Part shown: in pieces, positions 39,274 to 50,306 of the stretch | Layout of the letters: every line of letters starts with the position of its first letter | How positions within the stretch are numbered: the first letter of the stretch is position 1 | Origin: a virus | Taxonomy: Duplodnaviria; Caudoviricetes | Strand: one strand, 5' to 3' | Length of the DNA stretch: 61,540 nucleotides | IMG/VR virus record: IMGVR_UViG_3300031379_000001 | Span: 1 to 61,540 of that record | Made by a program: the position numbers and the translations under genes | Notes under the pieces: model-generated | The model's input: the letters and a program-made list of their open reading frames with translations, nothing else | Told to the model about the DNA's origin: nothing | Databases searched by the model: none

Positions 39274-39320
39274 TTGTAATATGTGTTAACTTATGATAAT
39301 ATATACATATAAGTTAACAC
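39274..39320 (+). promoter_or_regulatory. Promoter overlapped by inverted repeat GTGTTAACTTAT...ATAAGTTAACAC
   Basis: TTGTAA-17-TAATAT with extended -10 TG. Confidence 0.6.
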
Positions 39321-39388
39321 TAAGTATTTAAATTAATGCAATGGGTATTACAGTAATGAAGGTTACAATAGATTAAAAGGAGGATATT

Positions 39389-39583
39389 ATGAATTTCGAT
39401 CGTAATGGTCAAATGATTATAGTAATACAGATATTAAAGCATGGTAGGAAAGTAAGTGAACTTAGTTACAATAATCGTATAAGTAATACTAGTATTTATA
39501 ACTGGATTAAGAAATATAAAGATGAAATTGAAAAGCCAGAAAACAAATGGATGTATGATGAACGTTATATTAATGAATTTTAA
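39389..39583 (+). CDS. Small HTH protein
   Basis: GRKVSELS...ISNTSIYNWIKKY; AAGGAGG RBS. Confidence 0.65.
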   Translation: MNFDRNGQMIIVIQILKHGRKVSELSYNNRISNTSIYNWIKKYKDEIEKPENKWMYDERYINEF

Positions 39584-39596
39584 GGAGGGTTAAACA

Positions 39597-41883
39597 ATGA
39601 TAAACAGAAGGAAAATAGATGAATTAAAGAAAGTCATTGAAGAATTATCACATGTAGGGTATCTGAATTGCAAGAATAATACAAATTTAAACATGATTAC
39701 AAGTAATAAGACTATGGTAGATTCCAACTTAATTGTATTAAGCCTAGAGAACACAAGATTGATTGATGAATACATTAATAAAAACATTCAGACTTTAATA
39801 AATCTAGCTTATTATTTGGAGGAAAAAGCTAATGGATAAGTTTGACAAAGATAAACTAAGGCATTTAGAGAACTTATTGATAGCAGATATCGTTTATTGC
39901 ACTATAGTATTTGCAATAATGATAGCACTATTAATAAAAATACTGAATAAATAAGGAGGACAAAGAATAATGAGTAATATAGTAAAATCAATAATTCAAA
40001 AGTATCATTTTAGAAAAGCAGTTAATTCAATAAATAATAAGTTAAATAATATGAATGATGAAGATAAAAATCAATATTTAGATCATATTAATAGATTAAA
40101 TAATATGAATGATGAAGAATTACAAGAATACTTAAGGAGGAAAAAGATAATGAATAATAAAAAAGATGAACAAGTAAAACCACATAAGAATAATATGGAT
40201 TTATTAGACCCACATGGATTTTGGGCAAAATTTTCAGAATTTGATGATGATAATCAAAAAAAACAGGAGGACAAAGAATAATGAGTAATATAGTAAACAC
40301 TTTAATTCAAAAAGGAATATTATATTTTGTTAAGAAAAATAAATATATATGCGTTTACAGAGATTGGCTTTTAATTATTGTAGGTACGGATGAAGAAAGA
40401 GAATTCCAGTTGTATTTTAAAAGTGTACTTATTAATACAGAGTATACGTGGAATGAAAAGTTTACTTATGAAACCAATGATTTTGAGGAATTACTAGATT
40501 ATATAGTTTATTAATTGGAGGGTTTAACAATGGAATTTAATCATTTAAAAAAAGAATTTCAAACAGATTTAGAAAAACTGATAAATAAACATAGTGTAGA
40601 TAATGATTTAAATTTATCAGATCGAATAATAGCAGAATATTTAATTCAAGAAATACATAATTTAAGATTATTAATTAGTAAGTACAATCGTGAAAACAAT
40701 GAATCACAGGATATGACTTTAAAAGAACTATGGAAAACTATATAAAGGAGGATTTATGGAATTTAACAATTTAAAAAAAAGAACATCAATGGGATTACTT
40801 AAATTAGCTATAAATAAAATAAATGCTAAATTAGAGAAAATGAGTGAAGAAGAAAGAGAACAATATATGAATGATGTAATTAAGAAATTGGAGGGTTCAG
40901 AGAATGTCAGATAAATTAGAGGACTTAAAAGATTATTTAGAACGACAATTAAAACAAGCTCAGGAATCAGTTTTAGAATGTGCTGAAAGGTTAGATAAAT
41001 TCACTAATAAAAAAGGTGAATGGGATGATATTTATGATCATATGTGCCAAGGAGAAATAGAGAAAGAACTAAGTTATAAAAGGGAAAAAGTAAACGATTT
41101 AAAACAAGAGATAGAAAGGTTAGAAAATGAATGAAAATAATATTGATATTTTAAAAAGTGATTTATTAATCGTTAAACAGCAGTATGAGGAATTAATTTC
41201 ATATGATAAAGGATTCAAGGATAAACAAGAGTTACAAGAGTATTATACAAAACTAGGAGAGCTAAGTATTACTATTAAACAATTAAATGAACAAATAGAA
41301 GAATTGGAAGGTGATAACAAATGAATAATAATATTGATTTAAAAGGTAAAACAATTAAAGATATGAAAGTTAAATATGATGATAATAAATTAATTTGTAT
41401 AATATTAGATTTCACAGATGATACAAATATATCTATATCACCTTATGATAATGATGATTTTTTATTTATCACAAAGTTATCAATATCATCCACGAAATTA
41501 GCTAATTTAGAAAAAAATTTATTAATACTTAAAGATCAATATATAAAAGATAGAGTTAAATATAATGATTTTGTTGATAGATCATACCCTGACAATATAG
41601 ATGATTTAAGATATAGAAGTCAATGGATTAGTAATTTAATGCAGCAACAAATTAAAATAGAAGACATAGAGAATCAAATAAAAGAGTTAGAAGGTGATAG
41701 TAAATGAATCTTGAAAAAATGGAAAAGTTATTATCTGAATCAATCAATAAATTAAAAGAATTAGATATTAATTATTTAGATTTAGAAAAAAGAGATATGA
41801 AAGATATAACTAATGAGGTGGTTATTGATTTAGTCGTTGTAATAATGGAAATACAAAATAAGTTATATTTTGAAAGGAAGTGA
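39597..41883 (+). CDS. Cluster of about 10 small, mostly coiled-coil hypothetical genes (39597, 39832, 39970, 40281, 40530, 40756, 40904, 41127, 41321, 41704)
   Basis: Tightly packed co-oriented ORFs with GGAGG/GGTG-type RBSs. Confidence 0.65.
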
Positions 41884-41888
41884 TTAAA

Positions 41889-42297
41889 ATGTGTCTAAAC
41901 CACTATATTATGGGTTTAGACCCTTGAGCTAGGTGGTTCAACGGGTTTTGTGGTAGTAAAGATTGAAACAAATGAGATCATGGAGTACAAAACATTAGAT
42001 GGTTACAAAGAGATATTTAATGAGCTAAAGCAAGCTAAAGGAAACTATCATATAGTATGTGAGGACTACAGGGCAAATATTAGAACTAAAGATCAATTAT
42101 ATGCTAATAAGCTTGTAGGATTCATAGAAGGCTATTGTATAGCAAATGGCATCAAGATTAAGACACAGATGCCAAGTGTTAGAAAGGGTTATTTAAATCA
42201 ATCTAAACAGACATTAAAAACATATGGGTGCAATATTAAGCATATTATTGATGCTTATGCACATGTGTTAAGATATATTAGAATGGAATTAAAATAA
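41889..42297 (+). pseudogene. RuvC-like Holliday junction resolvase with interrupted frame (pseudogene, error or +1 recoding)
   Basis: MCLNHYIMGLDP then TGA; the +1 frame continues GGSTGFVVV...IVCED...HIIDAYAH. Confidence 0.65.
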
Positions 42298-42317
42298 TTA
42301 ACAAAGGTGTTGATAAT

Positions 42318-42770
42318 GTGGATAAGGATTTAATGATATTAATTTTAGTTGGATTTTGTGTGATAATAGCTATTACTTGTACTGTTTTATGCATCTATAT
42401 ACTAAAGATAAACAATTTTAAAAAGCTTAAAAAAGATATACTTACATTTAGTAATACATTAGAATACTTAAAAACAGATGCAAGTAATAGCTATAATACA
42501 CTTCTATCTGATATAAGAGATACTAAAAAAGATTATATAACAACTTTAGCAACAGCTAAAGACAAAGCAAAAATAATGTCTAATAGATTAGATTTATTAA
42601 TCAAAGAATTAAATGCTATCTTAATCAATAATAGTAAAGTATCTAGGGATTACTTAATTAAAAAATACCCTGAAAATAGACCTAATTTTAATATAAAAGT
42701 AAGACCAAATCACCTAAGTGAAAAAGAAATAACTATAGGTGATTTAGTAAACAAAAATAATAAGGAGTGA
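42318..42770 (+). CDS. N-terminal TM coiled-coil protein
   Basis: Hydrophobic N-terminus; AAGGTG RBS. Confidence 0.6.
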   Translation: MDKDLMILILVGFCVIIAITCTVLCIYILKINNFKKLKKDILTFSNTLEYLKTDASNSYNTLLSDIRDTKKDYITTLATAKDKAKIMSNRLDLLIKELNAILINNSKVSRDYLIKKYPENRPNFNIKVRPNHLSEKEITIGDLVNKNNKE

Positions 42771-42902
42771 TTTTTTTTAAATGAAAAAAGAATCTAAAGA
42801 AGATCAAAAGCCAATAAGAAAAATAGAAGATAACACAAGTAAAATAGGTAAGCTTATTAAAAAAATATTATGGAAGATAGATTTATAAGGAGTGATTTTT
42901 AA

Positions 42903-43334
42903 ATGAATATTGTAAAAAATGTACCAATTAAAAGATTTCTAGAATTAAGTAATAAAGCAGAGATAGCAAGTGAAAAATTGAAACAATTAGAAAACACAAT
43001 TCATAATTGTTTTGAAATAAGAAGGAAAGACCCTGTAAAATATATGGATTCTGATAGATATTATGTATTTTTAGAAAATGAATTTGATTCTTTAATTGCT
43101 AAGTTTGATAGAGAAATAGTACTACAAGATAAATTTCGACCAGAGGTCGAAGAGTATCTAAATTATCAAATGGATGTAGATATAAAAGTCTACATGAATA
43201 TGGTCGAAACTGTAAACCAATATATAGACAAAAAACTCTACCATAAAACATTAGTCACCACAGAAGAAAAAGAAAAATACGCTCAATTCATGGTAGAAGG
43301 AATTAAGACTAAAAAAAATATAAATACGAGGTGA
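42903..43334 (+). CDS. Hypothetical protein
   Basis: AAGGAG RBS. Confidence 0.65.
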   Translation: MNIVKNVPIKRFLELSNKAEIASEKLKQLENTIHNCFEIRRKDPVKYMDSDRYYVFLENEFDSLIAKFDREIVLQDKFRPEVEEYLNYQMDVDIKVYMNMVETVNQYIDKKLYHKTLVTTEEKEKYAQFMVEGIKTKKNINTR

Positions 43335-43506
43335 TTTAATGAATATAGAAGAGTTAACTACTGATATTTTAAGCTATGATGATTATGTGGAAGTTAGAAT
43401 AAAACATGAAGGTAAAATATACAATATAACAAGAAAAGTAATAAAACCTAAAAAAGATAATGAATGTATTTATTTAACATTAAAAGAAATAAAGAATAAT
43501 AAATAA

Positions 43507-43535
43507 TTGATATGTATGTTAACACATGATACAAT
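43507..43535 (+). promoter_or_regulatory. Promoter of the shared TGTTAAC-spacer class
   Basis: TTGATA TGTATGTTAACACATGA TACAAT. Confidence 0.65.
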
Positions 43536-43583
43536 ATATACATTAATTAAACTAAATTAAAACAAAAAGGAGACTTATAAACA

Positions 43584-45284
43584 ATGTTAATTAAAAAGGG
43601 AAACAAATTAATCTTAGAAGGGACTAATTATCCAGAGCAATTAAATAGTGTACAGGGAGCGACTAGAATCAAAGGTGGATGGAGTTTTCCAATAGATTAT
43701 TTTTGTGTAAACAAAATAAGCACTATATTAGGTACAAGATTGACTTCTAGCGACGAGGTTAAAAAGTGGTACTATGAAGAAAGAGAACGCCAAATTTTAG
43801 CCAATAAGGTACTTAAAAACGATATTAAAGACATATCTAGTTTAAATAATATAAAAGGGTTAAATAAAGAATTAAAAGATTACCAGTTACAAGCAGTTAG
43901 ATTCTTCTTAGCTACTAATAGGTGTATGATAGCCTTTGATGCTGGATTAGGAAAAACACTTGTAGCTATTAATTGTATAAAAGCAATTAAAGCCAAAAAG
44001 GTATTAGTAGTTTGTCCTAGTTATCTTAAGTATAACTGGGAAGATGAAATAAACAAGTGGTCTAAATTAACATGTAGTGTTATTAATGGCACATCAAGTC
44101 AAAGGGAAGAAGGATTCAAAGATTATAAGTCTAATAATAAAAATGTACTTATAATCAACTATGAACAAATAAGATACAAAGTAACTAAAGGAGAGAATAA
44201 CAAGGTAATTAATAGAGAAATTAAGATACATAAGGATATCTTAGAACCAATATGGGATTTAATAATTATGGACGAATCCCATAGATTAAAAAGCAGAGAT
44301 TCACAGGTATCTGAGGGTATGTTAAAGCTTAAATCTAAGGGTAAATTAATGTTAACAGGTACACCAATTAATAAATGTGAAACAGAGATATGGAAACCAT
44401 TTAAAATATTGGATAAACAAAGGTTTACATCTTACTGGAAGTTTGCAAATTATTATTGTCATGTTGAAGATGGGTTTTATAGCAAAGAAATCAAAGGACT
44501 AAGGAATAAAAAAGAATATAATAAACTTCTTAGTCGTTACATGCTTAGAAAGAAAAAGGAGGATGTAATAGATTTACCAGATAAAGTTGTAAAAACGATC
44601 AAGATTGATTTAACAGGGAAACAATTAGCAATATATAAACAAGCTGAGAAAGACTATTTGAATCCTAAAGGTAAAATAATAGAGTCAGATGTAGAAAAGT
44701 TTATTAGAATCAATCAAATAGTGCAAAATCCAGCTATACTTGACGGTGAAAATGTATCTTGTTTAACCGATACAGCAATAGAAATATTAAATGATAAAGA
44801 GGAAAAATTTATTATAGGTTGTGTATACATTGGTATGTCTGAATTGGTATATGAAGCAATTAAAAAAAAGTTTCCTAAAAGAAACGTATTTCTTGTTAAT
44901 GGCACAATTAAAGTAAGAGAAAGATATGAAATAATCGAAGACTGGAAGAAAGCACGTAATAGTATAATTATAACAACAATTAAAGCTATGAGTGAAGGTT
45001 TAAACCTAGATATCTGTGATAATATGATGTATTTAGATTATGATTGGAGCAATTCAGCAAATTCTCAATTTAGCAATAGAATTCATAGAATGACAAGTAC
45101 TGAGATTAAATTCTATTATCATTTAATAGTAAGAAACACATGTCATGAATATAAGTATTATAAGCTAATGAATGAGGATAAAAGAATGTCTGAGGCTATC
45201 AATGATACACCAAGTAATATTAAGTATTTAGCAGAACAATATATAGACTATGTTAATAACAGCAAGGAGGTTGACCAATGTTAG
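43584..45284 (+). CDS. SNF2-family helicase/ATPase
   Basis: DAGLGKT, LVVCP, NYE, MDESH, LTGTP, SEGLNL, NRIHR. Confidence 0.9.
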   Translation: MLIKKGNKLILEGTNYPEQLNSVQGATRIKGGWSFPIDYFCVNKISTILGTRLTSSDEVKKWYYEERERQILANKVLKNDIKDISSLNNIKGLNKELKDYQLQAVRFFLATNRCMIAFDAGLGKTLVAINCIKAIKAKKVLVVCPSYLKYNWEDEINKWSKLTCSVINGTSSQREEGFKDYKSNNKNVLIINYEQIRYKVTKGENNKVINREIKIHKDILEPIWDLIIMDESHRLKSRDSQVSEGMLKLKSKGKLMLTGTPINKCETEIWKPFKILDKQRFTSYWKFANYYCHVEDGFYSKEIKGLRNKKEYNKLLSRYMLRKKKEDVIDLPDKVVKTIKIDLTGKQLAIYKQAEKDYLNPKGKIIESDVEKFIRINQIVQNPAILDGENVSCLTDTAIEILNDKEEKFIIGCVYIGMSELVYEAIKKKFPKRNVFLVNGTIKVRERYEIIEDWKKARNSIIITTIKAMSEGLNLDICDNMMYLDYDWSNSANSQFSNRIHRMTSTEIKFYYHLIVRNTCHEYKYYKLMNEDKRMSEAINDTPSNIKYLAEQYIDYVNNSKEVDQC

Positions 45285-45526
45285 ATAAAATAGTATTAAG
45301 AGGAAAATTAGATAATCTTGATAATGAGTGTGAATTTTCAAAGATTATGGATGAATTATTTAAAAAATCATCAGATCATATTTTAGATATTTGTATAAGA
45401 AAATTTGCAACAGCTAAAATATTAGACTTTGAATTTAAAACAATATCAAAAATAGGTATTATGGAATTAACTGTGTTTATTGAATTAACACAGTTACCTA
45501 ATGCAAGTAAAGTTTATTCTAATTGA
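45278..45526 (+). CDS. Hypothetical protein
   Basis: AAGGAGG RBS. Confidence 0.6.
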   Translation: MLDKIVLRGKLDNLDNECEFSKIMDELFKKSSDHILDICIRKFATAKILDFEFKTISKIGIMELTVFIELTQLPNASKVYSN

Positions 45527-45832
45527 AAGAGTGATAATATGGATTTGAAATTATATATTTCAGTATTTATAATTGCATTTATTATATCAATAGTTTTACA
45601 AAAATTATTAAATAAAATAAAGTAAAGAAGGTGTTTTTAATTGGAAAACAAAGATACACAGATATTAGATTTAAAAATGTTAGGAACATCTACAAAAGGA
45701 AACTACAGTATTAAAGAATCACTAGATATGATTAAGTTTTTAGTTATTTTAGATATAATATTCAATATAATAATATTTATAGCAATTGTTATTATATTAT
45801 CTATATATAAATTTTAAAGGAGTTGTTTTTAA

Positions 45833-46045
45833 TTGAATAAAGATTATTTTATTAAAAGTTTTAGTCACCAACAGCCTACAAATGACCAATTACGAAGAAT
45901 AGAGCATTTAAGACTATCATACAAGTTACTACTAAATGAGATATATGAGAACTGTATAGACTCAAGAGAACTAAGTTTAGCATTGAATAACCTTGAGAAC
46001 TCTCTAATGTATGCAGTTAAAAGCATAGTATTAGAAAAGAGATAG
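45833..46045 (+). CDS. Acb2/Tad1-like helical-hairpin protein (candidate anti-defence nucleotide sponge)
   Basis: F.H..P...Q..RI..LR...CIDSRELSLALNNLENSLMYAVKSI pattern recalled for this family. Confidence 0.6.
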   Translation: MNKDYFIKSFSHQQPTNDQLRRIEHLRLSYKLLLNEIYENCIDSRELSLALNNLENSLMYAVKSIVLEKR

Positions 46046-46059
46046 GAGTTGTTTTTTAA

Positions 46060-46308
46060 TTGGATAAGGTTAATAAAATTATCAAGTATCATCAATGTAT
46101 ATCTGATAGTATATTAAATAACCATTTAACCGACAAAGAGAACTACTATAATATAAAGAAGATATCAAGTAATTGTTTAGATAATGCTATATATAACTAC
46201 AATGAAAATCCTTTACCAATTAAAACAGTAAAGGATTTACTTTATAATACTAGGTTAAATGCAGTATATAAAGCCTTATATTATTATATACTATATATAA
46301 AAAAATAA
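46060..46308 (+). CDS. Hypothetical protein
   Basis: AGGAG RBS, TTG start. Confidence 0.5.
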   Translation: MDKVNKIIKYHQCISDSILNNHLTDKENYYNIKKISSNCLDNAIYNYNENPLPIKTVKDLLYNTRLNAVYKALYYYILYIKK

Positions 46309-46424
46309 ATTATCAAAAATCAATAATTTTTTTAAAATCTATTGACTTCTATGTACATAGATGATAATATATAAATGTACCAACGAGGTACACAAAAAAT
46401 AAACAATTAAAGGAGATTAAAAAA

Positions 46425-47180
46425 ATGGGAACAAAAACATCAAAAGGAACTAAATATATAAGTGGAAAGGTAGATTTAATTTTTCCAGCAATAGCAACAC
46501 CACAATATTATGTGGCTAAAGATAACAGATTCATAAAAATTGATAAAGAAGAATTATTAAAAACAGAATGTAAAAAAAATGACAAAGGTGTATGGTATAA
46601 AGTAATAAATGATGAAAAAGTTGATCTAGGTTATGTAATTACAGTATTGATACCAAAAAATTCAGCCGAAGCTAAAAAGATTAAACATGTAATAGATACA
46701 GAATGGGAAAATGGAAAAAAAGCTGGTATGATTACTAAAAAATCACTTTATCCATTGATTGATGGTGATGAAAAAGCAGACGAATTGGAAGCTAAAGATA
46801 AGAATGGAGAATACTATAGAGGATGCTATAGCATACAAGCAAAATCTAAGTATAAACCGATTATCGTCGAAGGTAAAAGAAAAATTAAGCCAACATCAAG
46901 TGAGTTTGATGTAGATCATAATGGATGGGTAGGAAGAGTGTCTATAACATGTAGACCATATCAGTTTGGAGCAAACTCAGGTGTAAGTATTAAACTTAAT
47001 CAAATATGTTTCTTAGAAGATAATCCAGATTTAGATTTTGGTGGTGGTTGTGACTTTGAGATAGAAGAGGAAGAAGAATCCACAGATTTTGGAAAAAATG
47101 CAAACAATGGATTAATTAATGAAAATATTAATGTACAATCTTGTTATGATGATGATGAAGAAGAACCACCAGCTATATAA
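46425..47180 (+). CDS. ssb: Single-stranded DNA-binding protein (T7 gp2.5/DUF2815-like)
   Basis: PLIDGD, IQAKSKYKP, GRVSI...NSGVSIKLNQI, acidic C-tail; upstream of polymerase; promoter at 46342-46370. Confidence 0.8.
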   Translation: MGTKTSKGTKYISGKVDLIFPAIATPQYYVAKDNRFIKIDKEELLKTECKKNDKGVWYKVINDEKVDLGYVITVLIPKNSAEAKKIKHVIDTEWENGKKAGMITKKSLYPLIDGDEKADELEAKDKNGEYYRGCYSIQAKSKYKPIIVEGKRKIKPTSSEFDVDHNGWVGRVSITCRPYQFGANSGVSIKLNQICFLEDNPDLDFGGGCDFEIEEEEESTDFGKNANNGLINENINVQSCYDDDEEEPPAI

Positions 47181-47197
47181 TAATTTTTACCTCATAG

Positions 47198-47230
47198 AAA
47201 AAAGAGATTTAATTTTAAATCTCTTTTTTC
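47198..47230 (+). terminator. Intrinsic terminator after SSB
   Basis: GAAAAAAGAGATTT...AAATCTCTTTTTTC. Confidence 0.7.
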
Positions 47231-47316
47231 ATACATAGGTAAAAAATAATGAATAATACCTACAATTATATCACGTAGGTAAAAATAAACTAAAGTTTAC
47301 TAAGGAGATTAAAAGA

Positions 47317-49980
47317 ATGGATATTAAAGATATTAAATATAATATTATAGATACTGAGTGTCTATATTATAAAAAAGAAGGTGTAAACACTGGATATTTT
47401 AGTTATCAGTATTTAACCGATGAAATGGAAAAAGCTAAAATATTCGAGTGTAGGGAAGATAAAAACTTTCATACACTTTATAAAGCACTGTCAAATACAA
47501 CTAGACCAATGTATTGTTACAGTATAGACTATGACAAACTTATGATTAACTGTCTTTGTAAGATGGTTGAAAAGGGTATAACTAATATTGCATGGAAACT
47601 AAGAAATATATCAGATTTTATGATAAATGGTGACGTAAATTTCTTTCAATTAAATAAAGAGTTTTGGGTTGATATTTACTTCAAGAATCAAGATTCTTTT
47701 GATGGTGATGATTTATATCAATGGTCACTAGACCGATTAAAAGAAAATAAATCTGATTATGAAATAGATTTTATTAATCGTTATGACTGGCTATTTGGTA
47801 AATCTCAGTTATTCAAGCGACTAAATATATTAGAGATTCCAAAAATTATGTATTATTACACCATAAGACAAGATAATAAACCAAGAATGAATATATCACT
47901 AAAGAAACTACAGTTATACTATGAGAACTATAATATAAAATTTGATTTCTCTAAGTATATGAATATGGCAGATATAGAGAAAGATGGATTATATGATGAA
48001 TTTACAAAGTATTCCTTAAATGATGTTGATTTCCTTAAACGTTTTTGGGATAAGAAACCTAAAGATGATATTATAAAAAGAATTTATGCAGTTAAAGCAG
48101 TTAAGAAACTAAAGCCAGAATTTGAAGTATCAGAACGTGCTATATATTCAGAAAATAATACACAGTTAATTAATGAGATACTAAAGATTGATAATCCTAA
48201 AAAGGATATTGAAATAAATTATCTAGATTATGTTAAAACTCCATATGATGATTTTAATCGTTTTGCCCAATTTGTAACAGATAATAAAGATATTGAAAAA
48301 GATTCACAATTAAAGAAGTTATATTGTGAAACTTATGAGAAACTATATGAAAATGATGATAAAAAGAAATATGAAGATGGACAAATAGAAACTATTGTTA
48401 ATACTATTGATGAATTAAATATCAATGATGTTATGGTTAAATATGGTCTTGGTGGTTTGCATGGTTCTAAAGAAAACTATATTCAAGATGATTTAATCCA
48501 TCTTGACTACAGGTCACAATATCCATCAATTATACTACAGTATAAAGAGTTATTCCGTAATATAATAAATGTTGAGTTGTATGAAGAAATATATAACATG
48601 CGTAATTTTGAGATCAAACCCAAGTTAAAAGAATTGAAAAAGGAATACAAACAATTGGACCAAGATATAAAAGATCAATTAGTTATAATTGAAAAAGGTG
48701 GTAATGATGGGGCAGATATAGCAGTATGTCAAGATTATTACAAAAGATTTGAAGAAATAGAGAAAGAGATCACAGAGTTAACAGAGTTGGAACAAGGTTT
48801 AAAACTTATATTAAATACTGCTTATGGTCTTATCAATAGTAACTTTAGATTACCAATAGCAAGTAAGAAACTAGGTCGATTGATTTGTTTAAAAGGTCAA
48901 TCAATGTTATTAAATCTTATGTATAAACTTGGTAAAACTGAGATAGCAAATGTTAACACAGATGGAATAATAATTAAAAATACTGAAAATCTAGATATAG
49001 ATCAAATTGTTAAAGATGATGAAGATGGGTATTTTGTATTAGGTGTTGATACCATTGAAAAACTTATACAAAAATCAGTAAATAGTTATATTAAGATATC
49101 TAATGGTTACATGAAAACTAAAGGCGAATTTAATATATCAATTAAAAATGTAATAAATAAACATGATAAATTTATAGGCTTACCGAATGCAATTAGAATG
49201 ATTGAGAAAAAAAGTAATGAAATATATCCTATTTATTTTAATCGTAAATATGTTGATATTCAAGGTCATGAAGATAGTTTCAAAGATAATGCATGGTATT
49301 TAACTGATAAAGAAAATGGTGCAATGGCAATTAAGAAAACTATAAGACCATTAATACTAGGTTGTGAAGGTGAAATTATGTATTTTACAGCAGACAAAGA
49401 AAAGGCAAGAATAGCAGAGTATACAAAATTTGCACAACTAACCTATAATAAAATCATGGAACATAGATTAAGTGATAGTTCTAAGAGTATTAAGTATTAT
49501 AAATACAAAATAGTACCAGATGAAGATCAAGAAATGATAAAAGAAAAAAGATCAATTAAAAGAAGATTAAGTAAAATACTTAATCGTGATGAAATAATGA
49601 TTACTGGTAAACTTGATATTAATAACAATAACAAAGATGTATTATGTATTGGTAATAATCCGATAAAAGAACTAAATAATTACACAATGAGCGATATATT
49701 AAAATCTAAACATGTTATTGGTTTTTATCTGGATAAAAATAGTTATCATATGCTTAGTACGGATAATTTAGAGCAACAAGAATATCTTGATAATTTTGAT
49801 ACATTAACAGTAACACATAAAAACGGTAGAAGGTGCTATATATTCAAAGAATTTGATAAAGAATATATTAATTGTTTTAAAGATGTTAAATATCAAAAAG
49901 GAATATCTATTCCTTTACATACATTAGATGAAACTTATATATCTAATTTCAATGAGTTACAAAGTTTAACTAGTTTGTAG
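47317..49980 (+). CDS. DNA polymerase, family B-like
   Basis: HLDYRSQYPSI (motif A), KLILNTAYG (B), NTDGII (C); IIDTE and YSLNDV exonuclease-like motifs. Confidence 0.85.
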   Translation: MDIKDIKYNIIDTECLYYKKEGVNTGYFSYQYLTDEMEKAKIFECREDKNFHTLYKALSNTTRPMYCYSIDYDKLMINCLCKMVEKGITNIAWKLRNISDFMINGDVNFFQLNKEFWVDIYFKNQDSFDGDDLYQWSLDRLKENKSDYEIDFINRYDWLFGKSQLFKRLNILEIPKIMYYYTIRQDNKPRMNISLKKLQLYYENYNIKFDFSKYMNMADIEKDGLYDEFTKYSLNDVDFLKRFWDKKPKDDIIKRIYAVKAVKKLKPEFEVSERAIYSENNTQLINEILKIDNPKKDIEINYLDYVKTPYDDFNRFAQFVTDNKDIEKDSQLKKLYCETYEKLYENDDKKKYEDGQIETIVNTIDELNINDVMVKYGLGGLHGSKENYIQDDLIHLDYRSQYPSIILQYKELFRNIINVELYEEIYNMRNFEIKPKLKELKKEYKQLDQDIKDQLVIIEKGGNDGADIAVCQDYYKRFEEIEKEITELTELEQGLKLILNTAYGLINSNFRLPIASKKLGRLICLKGQSMLLNLMYKLGKTEIANVNTDGIIIKNTENLDIDQIVKDDEDGYFVLGVDTIEKLIQKSVNSYIKISNGYMKTKGEFNISIKNVINKHDKFIGLPNAIRMIEKKSNEIYPIYFNRKYVDIQGHEDSFKDNAWYLTDKENGAMAIKKTIRPLILGCEGEIMYFTADKEKARIAEYTKFAQLTYNKIMEHRLSDSSKSIKYYKYKIVPDEDQEMIKEKRSIKRRLSKILNRDEIMITGKLDINNNNKDVLCIGNNPIKELNNYTMSDILKSKHVIGFYLDKNSYHMLSTDNLEQQEYLDNFDTLTVTHKNGRRCYIFKEFDKEYINCFKDVKYQKGISIPLHTLDETYISNFNELQSLTSL

Positions 49981-49988
49981 GTGATAAT

Positions 49989-50288
49989 ATGACATTTGAC
50001 GAATTAATAAATAAATTGATAGAAAACAAAATATGTCTTAAGTGTCTATACAATCCACAATGCATAAGCGATTGTAAGACATGTTACCATAGATTATTTG
50101 AAGAAACAGGATATAGTAAAATAATAAAAGCCATAGATCATAGGAGAAACCAATTGGATATTTTAAAATATTTATTAATAGTATATGATTCTAATTGTGT
50201 CAAACTTATCAAGGAAGATAAAGAAGATAATGAAGATAAAGAAGATAATGAAAATAAAGAAGATAATGAAAATACAGGTGATACCTAA
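49989..50288 (+). CDS. Cys-rich hypothetical protein with EDKEDN tail
   Basis: CxxC...C...CxxC; 18-bp repeats at 3' end. Confidence 0.6.
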   Translation: MTFDELINKLIENKICLKCLYNPQCISDCKTCYHRLFEETGYSKIIKAIDHRRNQLDILKYLLIVYDSNCVKLIKEDKEDNEDKEDNENKEDNENTGDT

Positions 50289-50306
50289 AATATCACCTGT
50301 ATTTTT
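50270..50306. terminator. Bidirectional terminator ending the rightward replication operon
   Basis: AAAATACAGGTGATA-CCTAAAA-TATCACCTGTATTTT. Confidence 0.8.

Noticed and set aside
39389-39583. IS3-like transposase fragment, with 38826-39248 as a MITE
   Set aside because: Only a short HTH with no catalytic domain; the inverted-repeat element holds DnaA boxes and iteron-like repeats and no target duplication was evident
41925-41927. TGA read-through or alternative genetic code in the RuvC-like gene
   Set aside because: Read-through meets another TGA about 13 codons later and misses the conserved frame; other genes are intact under the standard code
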